From Acidimicrobiales bacterium (GTDB lineage: Bacteria > Actinomycetota > Acidimicrobiia > Acidimicrobiales > SZUA-35), in NCBI GenBank assembly GCA_038212405.1, contig JBBQUN010000001.1:830-64829 (forward strand): a DNA stretch of 64,000 nucleotides. Direction: 5' to 3'. Under the pieces are notes generated by a model. That model was not told the origin of the DNA. It ran no database searches and worked only from the letters and a program-made list of their open reading frames with translations. Positions 56,691 to 64,000 of this stretch are shown here, piece after piece; the stretch's first letter is position 1; every line of letters begins with the position of its first letter. Both the position numbers and the translations under genes were made by a program.

Positions 56691-56740
56691 GGTCGATGAA
56701 CGCAAACGTGCGAAAACAGTCGTTTCCGTTCATTGATCTC
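56691..56740 (+). repeat. conserved hairpin element, copy B
   Basis: GGTC GATGAACGCAAACG TGCGAAAACAGT CGTTTCCGTTCATT GATCTC. Same orientation as copy A. 22-nt core identical. Confidence 0.9.
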
Positions 56741-56780
56741 GCTCGATCGGACGACGCGGACGTGGTCGCCAGGGAGAGGA

Positions 56781-57914
56781 CTATCGACGCAGCGAGCGGA
56801 GGTCGCCGATGATGCGAGGAAGGGCGTCGAGGGCGGCATCGATGTCGGCATCGGTACTGGCCCAGCCAACCGACAATCGCAGCGAGCGGTGCGCATCGAC
56901 GCCCATGGCTTCGAGCACCGGCGATGGCTCGAGGCCCTCGGAAGCGCAAGCCGACCCCGAGTGGGCGGCAATGCCGGCGCGATCGAGTCCGAGGATGATC
57001 GCCTGGGGCTCGATGTCGGCGATCCCAACGCACACGAGATGGGGAAGCCGCTGCTCGGGGTGTCCGTAGGGTTCGATCTCGTCGATGGCGGCGAGGCCTG
57101 CTCGGAGCCGATCGGTCAACCGGGCGGACTCGACCGCTTCGGCATCGAGCGTCTCGCTGAGTTCGGCTGCCGCTGCACCGAGGGCGACCGCCGCCGGCAT
57201 GTTTTCGAGCCCGGCTCGGCGCGCCCGTTCCTGTTCGCCGCCGACCAGCAACGGTGGTACTCGCACGCCACGTCGCACCATCAGCGCCCCGGTCCCTGGC
57301 GGTCCGCCGAGTTTGTGTCCTGACAGAACAACGAACTCGACGTCGAGGGAGCGAACGTCGATGGTGAGGCGGCCTGCTGCTTGCGCGGCATCGATCAGGG
57401 TGCGCACGCCGCGGGCTTTGGCTCGTGCGATCACCTCGGCCACCGGTTGGACCGTGCCGACCTCATGATTGGCGAGTTGGCAGCAGACGAGCGACACGGT
57501 GCGCCCGGCCCGTTGCTCGTCGTCGATGGCGTCGGCCACGGCGTCAGGGTCGACGAGCCCCGTGCGATCGACTGGCACCAAGCGCAAGCGCCCGGTTCGT
57601 TCGGCCGCCGTGCGAACGGCGGAATGTTCGACCGCAGTAGCGACGATGGTGCCGGGGGTGGCATCGAAACTGCCCCAGATGGTGCTCACGAGCGCCTCGG
57701 TCGCCGACGCCGTGAAGATCACCTCGCTCGCTCGCGCACCCACGAGCGAGGCCACTGACTCCCGTGCGAGTTCGAGTGCCTGCCGGGCCGTCATTCCCTC
57801 TTCATGGATCCGACCGGGATCAGCGGCGGGAAGGTCGAGGGCCTGGGTGAACGCGGCACGGGCGATCGGCCGGAGGGGCGCCGTCGAGGCGTAGTCGAGG
57901 TAGTGCCGAGTCAT
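56781..57914 (-). CDS. class V aminotransferase-fold cysteine desulfurase (NifS/IscS-like)
   Basis: ATG 57914 (MTRHYLDYASTAPL). SGHKLGGPPGTGAL carries the PLP Lys and HSGSACAS the active-site Cys loop. Confidence 0.85.
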   Translation of the reverse strand: MTRHYLDYASTAPLRPIARAAFTQALDLPAADPGRIHEEGMTARQALELARESVASLVGARASEVIFTASATEALVSTIWGSFDATPGTIVATAVEHSAVRTAAERTGRLRLVPVDRTGLVDPDAVADAIDDEQRAGRTVSLVCCQLANHEVGTVQPVAEVIARAKARGVRTLIDAAQAAGRLTIDVRSLDVEFVVLSGHKLGGPPGTGALMVRRGVRVPPLLVGGEQERARRAGLENMPAAVALGAAAAELSETLDAEAVESARLTDRLRAGLAAIDEIEPYGHPEQRLPHLVCVGIADIEPQAIILGLDRAGIAAHSGSACASEGLEPSPVLEAMGVDAHRSLRLSVGWASTDADIDAALDALPRIIGDLRSLRR

Positions 57915-57919
57915 GGCGT

Positions 57920-58705
57920 TCAGCGCTGGCTCGGGCTTCGCGGCTCGGTCACGTGGGTCGCGCTTCGCGGCTCGGTCACATCGGTGATGCACGCGTCATC
58001 GCCCCGAGCAACCGAACCCATCAGGGCGACCTCGGTCTCGCCATAGAGCGAGCCCAGCAGTCCCTTCACCATGCCGCGATCGACGGCGCAGATCACGGGA
58101 TGCTCGATGGCTACGTCGCCAAACGGGCAGTGACCGGAAACGATGCGGAGTTCCTCGCCGTGTCGTTCGGCGTGGGCAGAGAACCCGTGAGCCGAGAGCG
58201 CATCGGCAACCGCGTGGAGAGCGGAGCGAAACGATCGCTGCCCGGCCTGGGCATCTGGCCCCTTGAGCGTGTTTGCCATCTGCTTGCCGAATTCCAGACC
58301 GACCTCTTCGGCCAGGGACGCAGCCTCGCCCTCGGGTAGGCGAGAGAGGGCTTTGCCGAGAAGGGTGACGAGGATGTCGTCGTGGCCGACGTCGAACTCG
58401 AGGTGGAGTTCGGGCTCGGTGGCCCGGTAGACCTTGGCTGGTCGACCGGCCCGAGCCGTTGCGCGCTGGGTGACTTCGAGGTAAGCGCCGTTGACGAGCT
58501 TGTCGAGGTGGTGGCGAGCGACGTTGGAGTGAAGGCCGGTGTGCTCGGCAACCTCGGCCGCGGTGAGTCCCGCGGGATGCTCGTGGAGAAGGAGGTAGAT
58601 GCCGCGCCGGGTGGGATCGCCGAACGCCGAGGTGATGGCGTTCACCAAATTGGCGAACTCGGTCGGCTTCAACGAGCGGGTTGGGTTGAGGGCGCGGCCT
58701 GACAC
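57920..58705 (-). CDS. ArsR-type HTH regulator with C-terminal Cys pair (SufR-like)
   Basis: DPTRRGIYLLLHEHPAGLTAAEVAEHTGLHSNVARHHLDKL is a winged HTH. C-terminal SGHCPFGDVAIEHPVICAVDRG. Sits between the desulfurase and, divergently, the Mrp gene. Confidence 0.6.
   Translation of the reverse strand: MSGRALNPTRSLKPTEFANLVNAITSAFGDPTRRGIYLLLHEHPAGLTAAEVAEHTGLHSNVARHHLDKLVNGAYLEVTQRATARAGRPAKVYRATEPELHLEFDVGHDDILVTLLGKALSRLPEGEAASLAEEVGLEFGKQMANTLKGPDAQAGQRSFRSALHAVADALSAHGFSAHAERHGEELRIVSGHCPFGDVAIEHPVICAVDRGMVKGLLGSLYGETEVALMGSVARGDDACITDVTEPRSATHVTEPRSPSQR
57935..57985. repeat. in-frame 27-bp x~2 tandem repeat at regulator C-terminus (VTEPRS)
   Basis: GCTTCGCGGCTCGGTCAC at 57935 and 57962. 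Confidence 0.85.
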
Positions 58706-58862
58706 CTCGCTAGCCTACAAAATGAATTCTTCCTATGTGGGTAGGAGAAATCCTGGCCACACAATCGAGACGAAAATCGTCGAGACGAAATCGTCGTTGC
58801 CGCTTGGCACCGACCATCGAGGCCTTCCACTTGCCGGAGGGCCGCCACCCCGAGGAGCACCT

Positions 58863-60002
58863 GTGAGCCTGAGTCAAGAGATGGTGATCGACGCACTGCG
58901 TCCGGTCCAAGATCCGGAACTGCATCGATCGATCGTCGATCTCGGCATGGTCCGCCGGGTCGATATCGCCCTCCCGCTCGTCACCGTCGCCATCGACCTC
59001 ACGATCGCTGGCTGCCCGCTTCGGGCCGAGATCGACCGCCGAGTCACCGAGGCAGTCACCGCACTCGATGGTGCCGAGTCGGTCAACATCGAGTTTGGCG
59101 TGATGACCGATGAGCAGCGCAAGGCCGTGCGGGTGGCGCTCAACGGCGACCCCGGCGCAACGGCTGGGTCCCAGCAGGCTCATGGTCATGCCGAGGGACG
59201 GGTGATTCCTTTCGCCAGTCCCGACAATCGCACTCGAGTGCTGCTGATCGCCTCGGGCAAGGGCGGCGTCGGTAAGAGCTCGGTCACCACCAACCTTGGC
59301 GTCGCGCTCGCAGCCATCGGCAAGAAGGTTGCCATTGTCGATGCCGACGTCTGGGGGTTCTCGATCCCGCGCATGTTGGGGGTGGATCGCGACCCCACCA
59401 TCATCGACGAGATGATCGTGCCGCCGGTTGCTCACGGGGTCAGCTGCATTTCGATGGGCTTCTTCGTCGAGGAGAACCAGCCGGTCATCTGGCGAGGTCC
59501 GATGCTGCACAAGGCGCTCGAGCAGTTCCTCACCGACGTGTTCTGGGACGAGCCCGACTACCTCCTCGTCGATCTGCCGCCCGGCACGGGCGACATCTCG
59601 CTGTCGATCTCACAATTCCTGCCCCGAGCCGAGCTGATCGTGGTCACCACCCCACAGCCGGCAGCGCAGAAGGTCGCCCAGCGTGCCGCCTACATGGCGC
59701 ACAAGGTCAACATCACCGTTGCTGGGGTGATCGAGAACATGAGCTGGTTCACCGGCGACGATGGCAAGCGCTACGAGATCTTCGGATCGGGCGGTGGCCA
59801 GGAGCTTGCCGAACAGCTCGACGTGCCGTTGCTCGGCAACATTCCCCTGGTTCCGGAGTTGCGAGAAGGCGGCGACGATGGTCACCCGATTGCCGCAAAG
59901 CCCGAGACCGAAGCCGGCGCCATGTTCCTCGCTCTGGCCGAGCGGCTCGATACCGAGCTGGCACCGAAGCGTCGGTACCGTAGCGAGCTGCGGGTCATCT
60001 GA
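58863..60002 (+). CDS. Mrp/ApbC/NBP35 family iron-sulfur cluster carrier ATPase with N-terminal DUF59 domain
   Basis: GTG 58863 lies 5 nt after GAGGAG. VIDALRPVQDPELHRSIVDLGMV is DUF59-like. SGKGGVGKSSVTTNL is a deviant Walker A. WDEPDYLLVDLPPGTGD. Confidence 0.9.
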   Translation: MSLSQEMVIDALRPVQDPELHRSIVDLGMVRRVDIALPLVTVAIDLTIAGCPLRAEIDRRVTEAVTALDGAESVNIEFGVMTDEQRKAVRVALNGDPGATAGSQQAHGHAEGRVIPFASPDNRTRVLLIASGKGGVGKSSVTTNLGVALAAIGKKVAIVDADVWGFSIPRMLGVDRDPTIIDEMIVPPVAHGVSCISMGFFVEENQPVIWRGPMLHKALEQFLTDVFWDEPDYLLVDLPPGTGDISLSISQFLPRAELIVVTTPQPAAQKVAQRAAYMAHKVNITVAGVIENMSWFTGDDGKRYEIFGSGGGQELAEQLDVPLLGNIPLVPELREGGDDGHPIAAKPETEAGAMFLALAERLDTELAPKRRYRSELRVI

Positions 60003-60085
60003 CCGGATAGGTTCGCTCACGAAAAGCAGTGGCAGGTTCAGTACGTCAGTACGTCTGCATCAGTGAAGTCTTTGGAGGCTTGGTC

Positions 60086-60319
60086 ATGGACATCCGCATC
60101 GGTATCGCCCAGAGTGCGTCGATCATCGAACTCGAGATGAGTGTCGACACCGATCGTGTCGCATTGAAGGCCGAGATCGACTCGTCGCTGGCGAAAGAAG
60201 ACGGCGTGCTCTGGCTCACCGACAAGCGCGGCAAAGACGTCGCCGTGCCGGTTGGCCGAGTGGCGTTCGTCGAGATCAGTAAGGACGACGCTGAGCGCCG
60301 TATCGGCTTCGGGGCCTGA
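60086..60319 (+). CDS. DUF3107 family protein
   Basis: ATG 60086 lies 7 nt after GGAGG. MDIRIGIAQSASIIELEM...WLTDKRGKDVAVPVGRVAFVEI matches my memory of the actinobacterial DUF3107 pattern. Confidence 0.75.
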   Translation: MDIRIGIAQSASIIELEMSVDTDRVALKAEIDSSLAKEDGVLWLTDKRGKDVAVPVGRVAFVEISKDDAERRIGFGA

Positions 60320-61250
60320 CATCGTTCGACCGCTTCTGATCGTCGCCGGAAAGGGCGGGGTCGGCCGGTCGACGGTCAGTGCCGCGCTCGCTCGGCGGTT
60401 CGACGAGGCGACCTCAGCGAAGGTGCTGGCTGTCGATGCCATCGCCGATGGTGGGCTCGCTGCGGCGCTTGGTATGGAAGCGAGCCGCTCCGGCGGGGGG
60501 AGCGGGGCGACGCGACCGCTTGCTGATTCGGGAATCGAGGTGCTCGAACTCGACACCGAAGCGTCGCTCGACGAGTACCTGAAGATCTATACCAAGCTGC
60601 CGATTCCGCCGAGCAGGCTGGGACCGATCGCCAAGATCTTCGACTACGTGGCGACCGCAGCCCCGGGTGTTCGCGAGATCCTCACGATCGGCAAGATCGC
60701 GTTCGAAGTCCGAGAGGCCACGTGGGACGTGGTCGTCGTGGATGCTCCGGCCACCGGCCATGTCGTTGAGCTGTTGGATGCTCCGGCGAATCTCTCACGC
60801 TTGATCAGCGTTGGTCCCCTCGCGGAGCAGACCCGTTGGATCGAGGCGATTCTTGCCGATCCGCAACAGACCGGTGTGCTGCTCGTCACCACCACCGAGG
60901 AGTTGCCCGTCACCGAATTGCTCGAGTTGCACGAGCGCCTGGTCACCACGACGGCGGTCAACGTCATTGGCATCATTGCCAACCGAGTCCCGCCGCTTCT
61001 GGGCGCCAAAGCGATTGCCGAGGCCGAAGCGCTCACTGGGCCCCTCGCCCTTGCCGGACAAGTCGTTGCCGAGCGATCCAACGAAGCCCGGGAAGGTTTG
61101 GCCCGATTGGCAACGCTCGGCTTGCCGATCGTTCGTGTGCCAGAGAGCGAGCAGCCAGTCGCAGCGATGTCGAAGGCCTTCGCCAAGGCATTCGGTGGTT
61201 CACCGGCAGCGTCGGCTTCCAAGCCTGCGAGCACGAGGAGCGCGCCATGA
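60252..61250 (+). CDS. ArsA/Get3-like P-loop ATPase (first of pair)
   Basis: LLIVAGKGGVGRSTVSAALA deviant Walker A and VVVDAPATGH. The only canonical in-frame start is TTG 60252, which overlaps the DUF3107 gene by 68 nt. Start uncertain. Confidence 0.8.
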   Translation: MAEWRSSRSVRTTLSAVSASGPDIVRPLLIVAGKGGVGRSTVSAALARRFDEATSAKVLAVDAIADGGLAAALGMEASRSGGGSGATRPLADSGIEVLELDTEASLDEYLKIYTKLPIPPSRLGPIAKIFDYVATAAPGVREILTIGKIAFEVREATWDVVVVDAPATGHVVELLDAPANLSRLISVGPLAEQTRWIEAILADPQQTGVLLVTTTEELPVTELLELHERLVTTTAVNVIGIIANRVPPLLGAKAIAEAEALTGPLALAGQVVAERSNEAREGLARLATLGLPIVRVPESEQPVAAMSKAFAKAFGGSPAASASKPASTRSAP

Positions 61251-62743
61251 CTTCCACACCAGCGGTTCCCGCACCGGCGATCCATCCGCCGGCAAGCGGC
61301 ATCTTCTGTAACCGCACACTGAACCTTCGCTCGGTGAAGGTCATCGGCTACGACATGGACTACACACTGGTCCACTACCGAGTCGAGGAATGGGAACGCA
61401 GCGCATTCGAGCATGCCCGCTCTCGCCTCTCGGCGCTGGGTTGGCCGGTCGATCACCTCGAGTTCGAACCCGAGCGCTTCACGCTCGGTCTGGTCTTCGA
61501 CCTGGCGACTGGCAATCTGGTCAAGGCCACCCGCTTCGGCTACGTGGTGCGAAGCCTTCATGGCACGAAGCTGCTGGGTTTCGACGAGCAGCGAGAGGCC
61601 TATGCCGAAACGGTGGTCGAGCTGTCATCGGAGCGATTCGAGTTCATGAACACGCTCTTCGAGCTGAGCCGTGCTGCGCTCTGGACCCAGCTCGTCGACC
61701 AACACGATGCCGGACAGCTGCCCGGCGTCATGAGCTATCACGATCTGTACTGGAAGATCGACGATGCCCTCGGTCGGGCCCATGCCGAAGGGATGCTCAA
61801 GGCCGAGATCCTCGCCGATCCCGAGCGGTTCATCGATCCGAATCCCGACATCGTGCCAACGCTCGTCGACCAGCGCCTCGCCGGCAAGAAGATCGTGCTC
61901 ATCACGAACTCCGACTGGGCATACACCCGGGCAACGATGGCGAGAGCGGTCGACCCGTACTGCGCCGCTGGTACCACCTGGCGAGATCTCTTCGATCTCG
62001 TGATCGTTTCGGCCGCCAAACCCAGGTTCTTTGCCGATCGAGACCCGATCTACCGGGTCGTCGACGAGGAGCGATCGCTACTCCAACCGCATTTCGGCCC
62101 GTTGGTCAAAGGCGAGGTCTATTTCGGTGGCCACGCTCGACTGGTCGAGGAATGGTCGGGGCTCTCGGCCGCCCAGATGCTCTACGTCGGCGATCACCTC
62201 TTTGGTGACGTGCACGTCACCAAAGACATTCTTCGGTGGCGTACTGCGCTGATCTCGCGGGAACTCGAAGCCGAGGTCGATGATGCGATCACCTTCGCTC
62301 CAAAGGAGCGACAACTGATCGAGCTGATGAGCCAAAAGGTCTCAGTCGAACATCGCCAGGCTGCGCTTCGCATGGAACGGCGGCGGGCGATGGCCAACGC
62401 TGAGTCGATCGTCGACATCGAGCGCTCGCTTGCCGTTGCGGGATCCGACGCCTCCAGAATCGACCGCGAGGTTGCGCCGCTGGCGCAGGCCGCCAGCCAG
62501 CTCGGCAACCCCAACTGGGGGCCGCTCATGCGCGCCGGGAACGACAAGAGCCTGTTCGCTCGCCAGGTCGAGCGCTACGCCGACGTGTATCTGTCACGGG
62601 TGTCGAACTTCCTCCACGCGACGCCGTTCGCCTATCTCCGTGCCGCTCGCGGCTCGCTTCCACACGATGCCAGCCCCCTCTTCCACGATGCACACGGTGT
62701 CGAAGACCCCGGCGGTGTCGACGATCTCGGACTCGACGGGTGA
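61247..62743 (+). CDS. HAD-IG family (cytosolic cN-II type) 5'-nucleotidase
   Basis: IFCNRTLNLRSVKVIGYDMDYTLVHY (DxDxT HAD motif I in the PF05761-type context), ILITNSDWAYT and YVGDHLFGDV. ATGA overlap upstream and GTGA overlap downstream. Confidence 0.85.
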   Translation: MTSTPAVPAPAIHPPASGIFCNRTLNLRSVKVIGYDMDYTLVHYRVEEWERSAFEHARSRLSALGWPVDHLEFEPERFTLGLVFDLATGNLVKATRFGYVVRSLHGTKLLGFDEQREAYAETVVELSSERFEFMNTLFELSRAALWTQLVDQHDAGQLPGVMSYHDLYWKIDDALGRAHAEGMLKAEILADPERFIDPNPDIVPTLVDQRLAGKKIVLITNSDWAYTRATMARAVDPYCAAGTTWRDLFDLVIVSAAKPRFFADRDPIYRVVDEERSLLQPHFGPLVKGEVYFGGHARLVEEWSGLSAAQMLYVGDHLFGDVHVTKDILRWRTALISRELEAEVDDAITFAPKERQLIELMSQKVSVEHRQAALRMERRRAMANAESIVDIERSLAVAGSDASRIDREVAPLAQAASQLGNPNWGPLMRAGNDKSLFARQVERYADVYLSRVSNFLHATPFAYLRAARGSLPHDASPLFHDAHGVEDPGGVDDLGLDG

Positions 62744-63837
62744 GCGTCGACCAATCATCGACGCTCGACTCCCTCTTGGCCACCGCCAGGGTGTTGATCG
62801 TCGTCGGCCCCGGAGGCGTTGGCAAGACCACACTCGCTGCGGCAATGGCGGCCCGAGCGGCGATCGAACACGGTCGGCGATCGCTCGTTGTCACGGTCGA
62901 CCCGGCCCGTCGACTCGCCGACGCACTCGGCGTCAGCGCGGTTGCCGAGGAACCAATGCGAGTAGCCACCGACACCGCTGATGCAAGCGGAAACGGCGGT
63001 ACCGCGACCAGTATCGGTACAGCCAACCCCAGTGGTGCGATGTGGGCGGTCATGGTCGACATGGAGCAGAGCTGGGACCGCTTGGTCCGACGCCACGCAC
63101 CCGATGCCGCCACACGCGACGGTCTGCTCGAAAACGAGTTGTACCAAACCCTCACCACTCGCTTTGTTCAGAGTCACGACTACATCGCTCTCGATCGACT
63201 GGTTGATCTCTCCGACCAAGACGACTACGACCTGGTCGTGATCGACACGCCGCCCTCGGTCCATGCACTCGATGTGCTCGACGCGCCAGATCGGATGCTC
63301 GACTTCTTCGGTAGTCGGCTCCTCACATGGCTGACCGCTCCGTACCGGACTCGCATGGTGCGGTTGGCAGCCAAACCGTTTCTCGCTGTTGCCGAACGCT
63401 TGCTCGGTGGGCCGTTCCTGGCTCAGATCGCCGAGTTCTTCTGGCTGTTCTCCAGCCTCCAGCCCGGTTTCGCCCGTCGGGCACGAGCGGTGAAGCAACG
63501 GCTCAGCGACCCCGACACCTGCTATGTCGTCGTGCAGACACCCGAGGCCGTGCCCCGCGCCCGCAGCGCCGAACTCGCAGCCGAGCTCCGTCGCCGTGGA
63601 CACCCGCCTGCCATCACGTTGGTGAATCGAGCGCTCGACCCATCGATCGTCGAACTCGATGATGCTGCGATCGATGCACTAGCGAGTCGTGCGCTGCGCG
63701 AAGCCATCAAGGAACTTCGGGCGAGTGCTGAGGCCGATGCGATGGCGCCAACCACACTCGGGCCAACGCATCAGGTGTTGTGGACAGCCGGCACACTGGT
63801 GAGCGCTGCCGACCTCTCAGCCCTGCTCGACTCCTGA
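62740..63837 (+). CDS. ArsA/Get3-like P-loop ATPase (second of pair)
   Basis: VLIVVGPGGVGKTTLAAAMA, LVVTVDPARRLADALG and LVVIDTPPSVHALD. Confidence 0.85.
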   Translation: MSVDQSSTLDSLLATARVLIVVGPGGVGKTTLAAAMAARAAIEHGRRSLVVTVDPARRLADALGVSAVAEEPMRVATDTADASGNGGTATSIGTANPSGAMWAVMVDMEQSWDRLVRRHAPDAATRDGLLENELYQTLTTRFVQSHDYIALDRLVDLSDQDDYDLVVIDTPPSVHALDVLDAPDRMLDFFGSRLLTWLTAPYRTRMVRLAAKPFLAVAERLLGGPFLAQIAEFFWLFSSLQPGFARRARAVKQRLSDPDTCYVVVQTPEAVPRARSAELAAELRRRGHPPAITLVNRALDPSIVELDDAAIDALASRALREAIKELRASAEADAMAPTTLGPTHQVLWTAGTLVSAADLSALLDS

Positions 63838-63874
63838 GAAGCGCCGGCGCTGCTGTGGCGGTAGGGCGCGCGCC

Positions 63875-64000
63875 TCACTCGGCCGGCCCCGCCAGTTGAT
63901 CGTCGGCATCGAGGATCGAGACCTCGATCAGCATCGAGACGAACGAATCGCGAAACGCACCGAAGCTCTTGTTGGTTGGGTCGGGGCTGCCGGCCATGAG
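63875..64000 (-). CDS. 3' end of an unidentified CDS running out of the window
   Basis: Open frame from the window edge to TGA (complement of 63875-77): ...MAGSPDPTNKSFGAFRDSFVSMLIEVSILDADDQLAGPAE. G/C-rich third positions. No motif recognised. Confidence 0.3.
   Translation of the reverse strand, partial: LMAGSPDPTNKSFGAFRDSFVSMLIEVSILDADDQLAGPAE

Noticed and set aside
55407-56740. The two hairpin repeats interpreted as a CRISPR array or as integron attC sites
   Set aside because: There are only two copies, 1.28 kb apart, enclosing a normal CDS, so this is not a repeat-spacer array. Only the generic AAC...GTT ends resemble attC R''/R' boxes. No integrase, attI or cas gene is in the window.
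60321-60341. Non-canonical start (ATC 60321 / CTG 60336) for the first ArsA-like ATPase, to avoid overlap with DUF3107
   Set aside because: This cannot be supported from sequence alone. The canonical TTG 60252 gives an N-terminal lead-in of plausible length before the P-loop, so the overlapping model is kept and flagged as uncertain.

Overview
This is a high-GC chromosomal segment of about 64 kb, roughly two-thirds G+C by eye. The gene content looks like Actinomycetota: an MMPL transporter, class E and class F sortases, a mycoredoxin-like domain, a DUF3107 gene followed by a pair of ArsA/Get3-like ATPases, a ZAS-type anti-sigma factor and UppP. That taxonomic assignment is an inference from gene content only. 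I can support about 60 protein-coding genes, mostly housekeeping or envelope functions and densely packed, with many ATGA/GTGA start-stop overlaps. I recognised no rRNA, tRNA, CRISPR array, transposase, integrase or prophage module. The tracked six-frame ORFs include many long antisense or out-of-frame shadow ORFs typical of high-GC DNA, and I rejected those. The notable content is listed here. (1) A complete, translationally coupled System I cytochrome c maturation operon, ccmABCDEFGH plus a CcmI-like gene, which is unexpected next to actinobacterial marker genes. (2) A conserved ~50-nt hairpin with compensatory stem changes, present twice in direct orientation and bracketing an AbiEi-like/DUF559 gene. 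(3) A co-directional group made of an atypical AT-richer PRPP-synthetase-like gene, a PEP-utilising swivel-domain protein with no recognisable ATP-grasp, and a SixA-type phosphohistidine phosphatase. (4) An ArsA-like ATPase pair split by a tightly coupled HAD-IG (cN-II type) 5'-nucleotidase. (5) Several structured non-coding arrays: three chained 6-codon mini-ORFs in front of a LysR-divergent operon, a C-rich TCCC..ACAG array in the leader of a DUF4397/sortase-F operon, a 16-bp x4 tandem repeat, and a GTTCTGTG/CACAGAAC inverted-repeat cluster. All functional calls rest on motifs read by eye; no database search was possible.
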